Assembly: GCA_963727485.1 (NCBI GenBank)
Contig: CAVSGM010000001.1
Location: 1,152,001 to 1,216,000, forward strand
Source: an uncultured delta proteobacterium
GTDB taxonomy: Bacteria; Myxococcota; Myxococcia; SLRQ01
Direction of reading: 5' to 3'
DNA: 64,000 nt
The notes under the pieces are model-generated. The model was not told the DNA's origin. It searched no databases and saw only the letters and a list, made by a program, of their open reading frames with translations. Position 1 is the first letter of the stretch. Every line of letters begins with the position of its first letter. Both the position numbers and the translations under genes were made by a program. Of the stretch, positions 1-8,186 are shown one piece after another.

Positions 1-279
1 TCCAAGAGCAACGAGAAGATCGCCATCGTCACCGTGCGCACCACCGACGCCAACCTCGACGGGCCGGCGACGGTGGACCTGGCCAAGTACGGGGACGTGA
101 CCGGGAGCTCGGCGGGGCAGGCGATGCCCGCCCTCGACACCGGCACCCTGATCCTCCGCAGCTACCAGCCCAAGGCCGGGGCCAAGGTGACCGGCGAGTT
201 CAACGCCCAGCTCAAGGGCAGCCAGGGCGACGTGTCCCTCCACGGGACCTTCGACACCACGCTTCTCGACCAGCGCTGA
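1..279 (+). CDS. Hypothetical beta-rich protein, 3' part only (gene starts left of the window)
   Basis: Frame open from base 1 (SKSNEKIAIVTVR...) to TGA at 277-279, with typical GC3 codon usage. Confidence 0.7.
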   Translation, partial: SKSNEKIAIVTVRTTDANLDGPATVDLAKYGDVTGSSAGQAMPALDTGTLILRSYQPKAGAKVTGEFNAQLKGSQGDVSLHGTFDTTLLDQR

Positions 280-313
280 ACCGGCCGGGGCATCGGCTCT
301 ATACTCGGGGTCG

Positions 314-1915
314 ATGTCGACCCCGGCCCCAGGCGCCGCCCGGATCGGGCGGTACCAGCTCCTCGAGCGCATCCCCGGTGGGGGGATGACGGAGGTCTGG
401 CGCGCCCGGGTCGCGGGGGCCAGCGGTCCCGAGCGGCCCCTGGTGATCAAGCGCCTGCTGCGCTCCATGGCCGGGGACGCCCGGGCGGAGGCGCGCTTCA
501 TCGAGGAGGTGAAGATCGCCCTGGCCCTGGCCCACGGGAACATCGTCAGCACCTTCGAGGCCGGCCGGGACGCCGACGGGCAGCCGTTCCTGGTCATGGA
601 GTACGTCCCCGGGCACGCCCTGCGGACGCTCCTCGCCACCGGGCCCCTGGGGCCGGAGCTGGCCCTCTTCGTGGCCCGCGAGGTGGCCCGGGCCCTGCGC
701 TACACCCACACCTTCGTGGACCCCCTCGAGGGCCCCACGCCCATCGCCCACCTCGACGTGAGCCCGGAGAACGTCCTCCTCTCCCACGCCGGGCAGGTGA
801 AGCTCACCGACTTCGGGATCGCCCGGGCGGTGGGGTCCATCTCCGGCCACGACGGGCCCTACGGCAAGGCGCCCTACGCCGCCCCGGAGCTGGTGGAGGG
901 CGACCCGGGGGGCCCTCCCGCCGACGTCTACGGGCTGGGCTGCGTCCTCTACGAGATGCTCACGGGCCGGCCGCCCCACGTGGGCGCCGACGACGCCGAG
1001 ACCCTGCGCCTCGCCCGGGGCGGGCCGCCGCCGGCGCCGTCGTCCATGGGGGTGCCGGTGGGGCCCTCGGTGGACGCCCTGGTGCTGACCATGGTCGCCC
1101 GGGAGAAGGCCGACCGGTACCGGGACGCCGGGGAGGTGGAGCGGGCCCTCTCGACCATCCTCGGCCGCAGCGAGCGGCCCCTCACCGAGACCGAGCTCGC
1201 CGAGGTGATGCGCGAGCGGGGCCTCGAGGCGCGGCGACAGGGGGGCGCGAGCAGCCGGCTCCGCGACCAGCTCTCGGCGGCGGGGCACGACCTCGCCGGC
1301 CACGAGACCACCGGGCAGCTCCTGGCCCTGGGGACCGTGCCCCTCGGCGGCGGGGACGGGGCGGCGGCCCCGGCGGGCGCGGCGGCGACCGGCGAGGCGG
1401 CGGTCCCGGCGGCGACGGGCGAGGCGCACCCGCCCCGGCGCCGGGGCCTGTGGCTGGGCCTGGGCGCGGTCCTGCTCCTCACCGGGGGCGGCGCGGCGAT
1501 CTGGGCGGCGACCGCCGGGCACAGGGCGCCGGACCCCGCCAAGGTGGCGACCCCGGAGCCCACCCCCACGCGGCCGGCGACGCATCCGACGCCCCGGCCC
1601 CCGGCCACGCCCCCGAAGGCCGTGGCGCCCGCGGCCCCCGCCAAGCGGCCCCCTCGGCGTCATGTCCGCCACCTCCGCCGGCACCGGGCCGTGCCCCGGG
1701 CCCCGGCGGTGCTCCAAATCAACGCCTACCCCTACGCCAACGTGCGCCTCGACGGACGCAAGTCTCTCGGGACCACGCCCCTGCGCGGGGTCGAGGTGCC
1801 CCCGGGGCGCCACGTCCTGGAGCTGACGAACCCCGAGCTGAAGCTCAGGCGCACGGTGCACCTCGACCTGAAGCCCGGGCAGCACCAGACCGTCGGCGTC
1901 CGCCTCGATCGCTGA
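314..1915 (+). CDS. Membrane Ser/Thr protein kinase (Hanks type) with TM helix, Pro-rich linker and C-terminal PEGA-like domain
   Basis: GGGMTEVW Gly-loop, VIK, HLDVSPENVLL, DFG, YAAPE, DVYGLG; TM LWLGLGAVLLLTGGGAAIW; C-terminal PYANVRLDG..LGTTPL..PPGRHVLEL. Confidence 0.92.
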   Translation: MSTPAPGAARIGRYQLLERIPGGGMTEVWRARVAGASGPERPLVIKRLLRSMAGDARAEARFIEEVKIALALAHGNIVSTFEAGRDADGQPFLVMEYVPGHALRTLLATGPLGPELALFVAREVARALRYTHTFVDPLEGPTPIAHLDVSPENVLLSHAGQVKLTDFGIARAVGSISGHDGPYGKAPYAAPELVEGDPGGPPADVYGLGCVLYEMLTGRPPHVGADDAETLRLARGGPPPAPSSMGVPVGPSVDALVLTMVAREKADRYRDAGEVERALSTILGRSERPLTETELAEVMRERGLEARRQGGASSRLRDQLSAAGHDLAGHETTGQLLALGTVPLGGGDGAAAPAGAAATGEAAVPAATGEAHPPRRRGLWLGLGAVLLLTGGGAAIWAATAGHRAPDPAKVATPEPTPTRPATHPTPRPPATPPKAVAPAAPAKRPPRRHVRHLRRHRAVPRAPAVLQINAYPYANVRLDGRKSLGTTPLRGVEVPPGRHVLELTNPELKLRRTVHLDLKPGQHQTVGVRLDR

Positions 1916-1969
1916 TCCCCCCCGCGGTATGATGCCCGCGGCCGCGCCGCCGCGGCTCCGGGGCTGGTC

Positions 1970-2599
1970 ATGAACCGTCGCGTCTTCCTCAAGCAGAGCG
2001 CCCGCTGGGCCGTCCGCCTGGCGGCGGTGGGTGTGGCGCTCCCGGCCCTCGACGGCTGCCACCACCCTGAAGGCAAGGCCGCCGACGCCGGCGCGCCCGG
2101 CCACCGCCCCTCCCAGGCCGGCGGCGGCGCCTCCCGGGCCGACGGCGGCGCCTCCAAGCCCGCGGTCCTCGGGGCCGCCGAGGCCCTCGCCCTGGAGGCG
2201 ATGCTCGAGCGCCTCCTGCCCGCGAACGTCCCCAAGGGGACGCCTGGGGCCAAGCAGGCCCACGTGCTGCGCTACCTCGAGGGCCAGCTCCAGGAGCCCT
2301 ACTTCCACGGCTTCCGGCGCCTGATCGGCACCGGCGCCCGGTACCTCGACCTGGTGGCCCGCAAGGAGCACCACCTGCCCTTCGCCCGGCTCACCCCGGC
2401 GCAGCAGGACGACCAGCTCCGGAGGTTCCAGACCGGCCGCATCCCCATCCGCTTCCCCCTGGCCCGGTTCTTCGACTCGGTGCGGGTCTTCGCCCTCGAG
2501 GGCTTCCTTGGCGATCCCAAGTACGGCGGCAACGCCGGGGGCATCGTCTGGACCTCCATCGACTTCGACCCCGACCTCTGCGGGGTCGCCAAGCCGTGA
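1970..2599 (+). CDS. Gluconate 2-dehydrogenase subunit 3 (gamma)-family protein with Tat signal
   Basis: MNRRVFLK twin-arginine motif; PGAKQAHVLRYLE, FARLTPAQQD and EGFLGDPKYGGN family motifs; GTGA overlap with the GMC gene. Confidence 0.88.
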   Translation: MNRRVFLKQSARWAVRLAAVGVALPALDGCHHPEGKAADAGAPGHRPSQAGGGASRADGGASKPAVLGAAEALALEAMLERLLPANVPKGTPGAKQAHVLRYLEGQLQEPYFHGFRRLIGTGARYLDLVARKEHHLPFARLTPAQQDDQLRRFQTGRIPIRFPLARFFDSVRVFALEGFLGDPKYGGNAGGIVWTSIDFDPDLCGVAKP

Positions 2600-4260
2600 T
2601 CTCCTACGCCGGTCAACAGGTCGACGTCTGCATCGTCGGCAGCGGCGCCGGGGGCGGACCCATGGCCTACGCCCTGGCCAAGGCGGGGGCCCGGGTGGTG
2701 GTCCTGGAGAAGGGCCCCTGGTACACGGCCAAGGACTTCTCCCACGACGAGATCGCCACCTGCCGGCGGAACATGTGGGTGCCCTTCGTCTCCGAGGAGC
2801 CGCACCTCCTCCAGACCCCGGGCCACCCCCGCCCCCGGCCCACCAGCGACGGCTGGATCGCCAACTGCGTCGGCGGGGGCACGGTGCACATGAGCGGCTT
2901 CTTCTACCGGCTGCACCCGGTCGACTTCCGGATGCACAGCCGCTACGGGAAGATCGCCGGCGCCGACCACGCCGACTGGCCGCTGACCTACGACGACCTC
3001 GCCCCCTGGTACGACCTGGTGGAGAGGGAGCTCGGGGTCTCGGGCCAGGCCGGCGCCAACCCCTTCGAGCCCAAGCGCAAGGGCCCGTACCCCCTGCCGC
3101 CGGTGCGCCACAACGCCCTCGCCGCCCTGGTGGACCAAGGGGGCAAGCGCCTCGGCCTGAACCCCTTCCCCACGCCCCGGGCGGTGCTCTCACGGCCCTA
3201 CAAGGGACGGGCGCCGTGCATGTACTGCGGCTTCTGCGGGAGCTACGGCTGCGAGGTCGACGCCAAGTCCAGCACCCTGGCCGCCCTCATCCCCCGGGCG
3301 GTGGCCACCGGTCACTGCGAGGTGCGCCCCCATGCGATGGCCTTCGAGGTCTCGGTGGGCAAGGACGGGAAGGTCGACGGCGTCCACTACTACGACGAGG
3401 CGGGCCGGGCGCAGGTGCAGCCGGCCCGGTACGTGGTGGTCTCGGCCACCTCGGTGGAGTCGGCGCGGCTGCTCCTCAACTCCAAGTCCGGGCGCTTCCC
3501 CAAGGGCCTCGCCAACGGGAGCGGCCTGGTGGGCCGGCACCTGACCTTCTCCACCCTGGGCAAGGGCTGGGGCGACTTCGAGCGGGCGAAGCTCCCCAAG
3601 AAGCTGCAGGCCACCGACCCGGTGAGCTTCCTCGGCCGCACCATCCAGGACCACTACTTCCTGAAGGAGGCGAAGGGCGGCTACGACAAGGGCGGCACCC
3701 TCAACTACCTGGTGCCCCACCGCAACGCCATCTTCACCGCCGAGCGCCTGGCCAAGCGCACCCAGCCGCCGATGTGGGGGGCGCCGCTCAAGGACGCGCT
3801 CTACCACTACTATCGCGACATCCACGAGCTCGAGTTCGAGGTCTTCGCCGAGTTCCTCCCGAACCCCGGCACCTACGTGGACGTGGGCGGAGAGGTGAAG
3901 GACCGCCACGGGATCCCGGTGGCGACGATCCACGTGGACCAGCACCCCCTCTCGGTGAAGCACGTGGGCCAGGTGGTGCGCCACGGCCTCGAGGTGTTCA
4001 AGGCCGCCGGGGCGGTGAAGACCGGGGTCGAGGTGGCGGCCGGGACCACCTACGTGCTCCAGCACGGGACCTGCCGCTTCGGGAAGGACCCGGCGACCAG
4101 CGTCCTCGACGAGAACTGCCGGGCCCACGAGGTGGACAACCTCTACGTCGTCGACGGGAGCTTCATGCCCACCTCCGGCGGGGTGCCCACGACCCTGACC
4201 ATCATGGCCAACGCCTTCCGGGTGGGGCACCACCTGGCCGGTCGCCTGAAGCACGGGTGA
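2596..4260 (+). CDS. GMC-family FAD oxidoreductase (sugar/sugar-acid dehydrogenase large-subunit type)
   Basis: VGSGAGGG FAD motif, VGGGTVH, CMYCGFCGSYGC Cys cluster, HGTCRFG, NLYVVDGS.MPTSGG.PTTLTIMAN; no signal peptide of its own. Confidence 0.93.
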   Translation: MISYAGQQVDVCIVGSGAGGGPMAYALAKAGARVVVLEKGPWYTAKDFSHDEIATCRRNMWVPFVSEEPHLLQTPGHPRPRPTSDGWIANCVGGGTVHMSGFFYRLHPVDFRMHSRYGKIAGADHADWPLTYDDLAPWYDLVERELGVSGQAGANPFEPKRKGPYPLPPVRHNALAALVDQGGKRLGLNPFPTPRAVLSRPYKGRAPCMYCGFCGSYGCEVDAKSSTLAALIPRAVATGHCEVRPHAMAFEVSVGKDGKVDGVHYYDEAGRAQVQPARYVVVSATSVESARLLLNSKSGRFPKGLANGSGLVGRHLTFSTLGKGWGDFERAKLPKKLQATDPVSFLGRTIQDHYFLKEAKGGYDKGGTLNYLVPHRNAIFTAERLAKRTQPPMWGAPLKDALYHYYRDIHELEFEVFAEFLPNPGTYVDVGGEVKDRHGIPVATIHVDQHPLSVKHVGQVVRHGLEVFKAAGAVKTGVEVAAGTTYVLQHGTCRFGKDPATSVLDENCRAHEVDNLYVVDGSFMPTSGGVPTTLTIMANAFRVGHHLAGRLKHG

Positions 4261-6569
4261 GCGAGACGGGCGAGGCGACGCCGGCGACCCGGCGCCGGCA
4301 GTGGGTGCCCACGGCGGTGGCGACGGGGGTCGCCGCCTCGGCGCTGGTCTTCTGGTGCCTGGGGGCGCCGCGGCCGGTGGTCACCCGCCTGGACACCGTG
4401 GCGCCCCGGCGCCTCACCAACGCCACCTCCTTCCCGGTGCGCATCGAGGGGCGCCGCCTGACGCGGGGGATGCGCCTGCGCCTCACGGGCCCCGAGACCC
4501 GGTCGCTCCCCACGGTCTTCCTCGATCGGCGGCACCTCGCCGCACGGATCCCCGCGGGCCTGAAGGCCGCGCCCCAGGCGGCGATGGCCATCTACGACGC
4601 GCGCCTGGTCGACGCCTCGGGCCAGGCGGTCCCCGGCGACCAGCGTCTCATCGTCATCAACGACGCGGGCTTCGTCAATCCCTACGACCTGGCCCTGGGA
4701 CCGGAGGGCCGGCGCCTCTTCGTGGCCTCGCCCACCACCGACGAGGTCCTGGTCGTCGACCGGGCGAGCGGGAAGGTCGAGGCGGTGCCGGTGTGCGACG
4801 GGCCGCGATCCCTGGCGCCCTGGGTGGACGCCTCGGGGGCGCCGCGGATGGTGGTCGCCTGCGTCCACACCCCGGCCCTGTGGATCCTCGACGCCCGGGC
4901 GCCGCTGATGTCGACGCCCCGGGAGGTGCCCGGGCCGAGGCGGGCCCAGGCGGTGCGCGTCCGGGGCCACCTCGCCTATGTGACCTCCGACCTCGACGAC
5001 GCGGTCCACGTCATCGACCTCGAGACCGGCCGCACGGTGCGCCGTCTCCCCGCCGGGGTCCACCCCCGGGCCCTGGCCTTCGCCGGCGACGGCCGGCGCC
5101 TCCTGGTGGGAAACCTCGGCTCCGACGACGTCACCAATCTCACCCTCGACGGCCCGGGGGCGCCCACCGCCATCGCCCCGGGCCCGGGGGTGCCCATCCT
5201 CGGCGGGCACACCGAGCCCTTCTCCGGCTACGTGATGGGCGGGAAGGCGCCCCGGGACCTGGTGGCGAGCGCGGCCCTCCACGTGGTCTTCGAGTCGAGC
5301 ATCGGCCCCAACGTGGGGCCGAACCCCAGGCGCATGGAGGTGAGCATGAACGGGGGCGTCGGCGTCCTCGACGCCGCCACCGGCCGGTTCCTGCGCCACG
5401 TGTCCATCCTCCACGGGGTCCCCGAGGGCCTCGCCCTCGACGACAGCCGGGGCCTCCTCTACGTCACCGACATCGCCCGGGGGCGCCTCCTGGTCCTCGA
5501 CGCCCGGGCGCTCGCCGATGGCGGCGCCGGGGCTCGCCGCGCCATCCTCGGGACGCTCCCGATCCCGGCGCCGAGGTGGATGCCCCTCATCCGGCCGAAG
5601 GCCGACTTCGGCACCACCGTGAACGCCGGCACCGAGGTGATGTCCGGGCCCCGGGTGGTGCGCCTCTCCGCCGACGGCCGCACCGCCTTCGTGCTCTCGC
5701 GCTTCGCCGGCACCGTCTCCGAGGTCGACGTCTCCTCGGCACGGGCCGGGCGCCTGGTGCTCCGGCGCCAGTACCCGCTCCCCGGCATGAACACCCAGCG
5801 CGAGCGCCGGGCCGGCGAGGTCGTCTACTTCACCGACCTCGGCGACACCCGGATGAGCTGCGACGCCTGCCACTACGAGGGCCGGGCCGAGGGGCTCCTG
5901 TTCACCAAGGGCCGGCCGATGCACCTCTACCGGGTCCCGAGCCTCCTGGGCATCGCCGACAGCCCACCCTACTTCACCCCGGCGATGTTCCCCTCGCTCT
6001 CCTACACCGCCAGGTTCGTCCTCGGCAGAAACCGCTTCCACCACCCCGACCCCCTGCGCCGGGAGGTCATGGCGCTCGCGCTCTACCAGCGGACCCTGGT
6101 GGCGCCGCCGAACCCCTACCTCGGCGCCGATGGGGCGCCGCCGGCGTCGATCCGCCTCCCGGACGGCGAGGTGGGCGACCCAAGGGCCGGGCGCCGGATC
6201 TTCGAGGGGACGGGCGGCTGCACCCACTGCCACCCGGCGCCGGCGTTCACCACCGATGACGTCGCCGCCACCCGGGGCCGCCTCTACGACGTGGGGACAC
6301 CCATCGCCCTGGGCCTCCGGCCGCGGATGCAGGACCTGAAGCGCTACCCGCTCCCGGCGCCGTCGCTCACCGGGGTCTGGGACGTCTTCCCCCTGCTCCA
6401 CAGCGGCGCCGGCGGGTTCTCGGTGGTCGGGGACACGGTGCGGGCGACGGCGCCGTTTGCCCTGCGCCGGGTGCTCCAGATGGCGGCCACGAGCGGGAAG
6501 CACGGGGACGTCGCCGGGCTCACGGCGAAGGAGCGCGACGATCTGCTGGCGTTCCTGATGACCCTCTAG
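4257..6569 (+). CDS. Membrane-anchored protein: Ig/IPT-like domain, YVTN-type beta-propeller and di-haem cytochrome c peroxidase/MauG-like domain
   Basis: GTG start overlapping the GMC stop (inside ORF 2508..6569); N-terminal hydrophobic helix; propeller blades (LFVASPTTDEVLVVD, AYVTSDLDDAVHVID); CDACH and CTHCH haem motifs; RVPSLLG..PPYF, PSLTGVW..PLLHSG and LTAKERDDLLAFLMTL. Confidence 0.85.
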   Translation: MSETGEATPATRRRQWVPTAVATGVAASALVFWCLGAPRPVVTRLDTVAPRRLTNATSFPVRIEGRRLTRGMRLRLTGPETRSLPTVFLDRRHLAARIPAGLKAAPQAAMAIYDARLVDASGQAVPGDQRLIVINDAGFVNPYDLALGPEGRRLFVASPTTDEVLVVDRASGKVEAVPVCDGPRSLAPWVDASGAPRMVVACVHTPALWILDARAPLMSTPREVPGPRRAQAVRVRGHLAYVTSDLDDAVHVIDLETGRTVRRLPAGVHPRALAFAGDGRRLLVGNLGSDDVTNLTLDGPGAPTAIAPGPGVPILGGHTEPFSGYVMGGKAPRDLVASAALHVVFESSIGPNVGPNPRRMEVSMNGGVGVLDAATGRFLRHVSILHGVPEGLALDDSRGLLYVTDIARGRLLVLDARALADGGAGARRAILGTLPIPAPRWMPLIRPKADFGTTVNAGTEVMSGPRVVRLSADGRTAFVLSRFAGTVSEVDVSSARAGRLVLRRQYPLPGMNTQRERRAGEVVYFTDLGDTRMSCDACHYEGRAEGLLFTKGRPMHLYRVPSLLGIADSPPYFTPAMFPSLSYTARFVLGRNRFHHPDPLRREVMALALYQRTLVAPPNPYLGADGAPPASIRLPDGEVGDPRAGRRIFEGTGGCTHCHPAPAFTTDDVAATRGRLYDVGTPIALGLRPRMQDLKRYPLPAPSLTGVWDVFPLLHSGAGGFSVVGDTVRATAPFALRRVLQMAATSGKHGDVAGLTAKERDDLLAFLMTL

Positions 6570-6594
6570 GCCCCGATGGGCTAGGGTGCGTGAC

Positions 6595-8166
6595 ATGCTG
6601 CGCTGGAGCCTGCCCCGACCCCACTGGTGCCCCCACCGGTCCCCCACCCGCGGCGCCGGTCGCTTCGGCGTGCCCGCGGCGCTCCTCGCGGCCCTCTGCG
6701 CCGTGGGGCCCGCCCACGCCCAGGCCGCGCCGCCCGCCGACGGCTACCAGCCGACCCTCTCGGCAACGCGGTGGGGATGGCGCCTCCAGGTGCCGGTCCT
6801 CCTCACCGGCCGGGCCGAGGACGTGGCCGCCTTCCCCGTGGACAGCTCGGGGGACACCCTGGCCTCGGGCGCCGCGCTCTCACCCCTGCTGCGGCTCAAT
6901 GCCAGCCTGGACACGGTGCGGCCCCTCGGCGGGCACCTGCTGATCCACGCCGAGTACGAGCAGGACCTGCCCACCGGGACCTTCACCACGGTCGCGCCCC
7001 TCGCCGGGGCGGGGATGCCCGGCTCGCAGCCCCTGACCACCCAGCTGCGCAAGGCCTGGGCGATGGTCGCGTGGGGCCGCCAGGCCCGCCTCGGTGGCGG
7101 CTTCATGACCAGCCACTGGGGCCTGGGGCTGGTGGCCAACGACGGCGCCCACGGCTGGACGCCCGGCTCGGCGGACTTCACCGACCCCCGGGGCGGTGAC
7201 CTGGTGCTCCGGGGCTTCGTCGGGACCGGGCCTCTCACCGATGCCCGCGTGGTGGCCACGGTGGCCTTCGACAAGGTCGAGCACGACGACCTGCTCCTCG
7301 AGGGCGACACCGCCTACGAGGCCATCGCCTCGGTGGTCGCCTTCGAGGGCCGGCCCTCCCACGTGGGGCTCTTCGTGGTCTACCGCCGGCAGCAGGCGGC
7401 GGACGGCCGGAGCCTCGACGCGGTGGTGGTGGACCCCGCCGGCCGCCTCGAGCTCGACCTCCACCGGGCGACCCTGACCCTGGAGGCCGAGGGCGCCCTG
7501 GTCCTGGGCAGCACCACCTTCGGGGCCACCGCCGACGTGCCCGTGGGCCACGTGCTCCAGCTCGGCGGCGTCCTCCGCGCGACGCTGGAGACCAAGAAGC
7601 TCGGCGGGGTCGTCGACCTGGTCTACGCCTCGGGGGACTCCAACCTCCACGACGCGGCGGTCACCGGCTTCCACGCCGACCCCAACTTCGAGACCGGCCT
7701 GCTGCTCTTCCGCTACGTGCAGGCGGCGCAGTCGGCCCGCGGGGTGGCCACCGCCTCCAACCCCCAGCTGGTGGGGGCGCCGCCGCCGGGCATCGAGCGG
7801 CTGCCCACCCGAGGCGGGCTCACCGACGCGGTGGTCCTCTTCCCCCGGTTCTTCATCCGGCCCGTGCCCCACCTCGAGGCCTACGGCGGGGTGCTCTTCG
7901 CCGCCGCCCCCGCGCGCAACCTCGACCCCTTCAACACCGACCTCGCCGGGGGCTCGCCGCGCAACGCCCTCGGCGGCGACCCGGGCAGCTACTGGGGCAC
8001 CGAGGTCGACCTCGGCCTGCGCTACCGCTTCCAAGTCCACCACATGGAGCTGTCGGCCGGTGCCGAGGGCGGGGTGCTCTTCCCCGGCACGGCCCTGCGC
8101 CAGGCGTCCGGCGCCTTCCCCCCGCCCGTCTACGGAGCCCGGCTGCTGCTGGGCTACCGGCTCTAG
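6595..8166 (+). CDS. Outer-membrane beta-barrel protein (alginate-export-like porin)
   Basis: Signal peptide ending AHA-Q; amphipathic strands; GFMTSHWGLGLVANDG, YASGD and GTEVDLGL motifs; C-terminal LGYRL. Start could be 6586 or 6595. Confidence 0.75.
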   Translation: MLRWSLPRPHWCPHRSPTRGAGRFGVPAALLAALCAVGPAHAQAAPPADGYQPTLSATRWGWRLQVPVLLTGRAEDVAAFPVDSSGDTLASGAALSPLLRLNASLDTVRPLGGHLLIHAEYEQDLPTGTFTTVAPLAGAGMPGSQPLTTQLRKAWAMVAWGRQARLGGGFMTSHWGLGLVANDGAHGWTPGSADFTDPRGGDLVLRGFVGTGPLTDARVVATVAFDKVEHDDLLLEGDTAYEAIASVVAFEGRPSHVGLFVVYRRQQAADGRSLDAVVVDPAGRLELDLHRATLTLEAEGALVLGSTTFGATADVPVGHVLQLGGVLRATLETKKLGGVVDLVYASGDSNLHDAAVTGFHADPNFETGLLLFRYVQAAQSARGVATASNPQLVGAPPPGIERLPTRGGLTDAVVLFPRFFIRPVPHLEAYGGVLFAAAPARNLDPFNTDLAGGSPRNALGGDPGSYWGTEVDLGLRYRFQVHHMELSAGAEGGVLFPGTALRQASGAFPPPVYGARLLLGYRL

Positions 8167-8186
8167 GCACGGCCGCGGAGATCCCG

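Noticed and set aside
2508..4256. Apparent 1353-aa protein overlapping the GMC gene
   Set aside because: The first ~580 codons are a shadow frame; the credible gene starts at GTG 4257.
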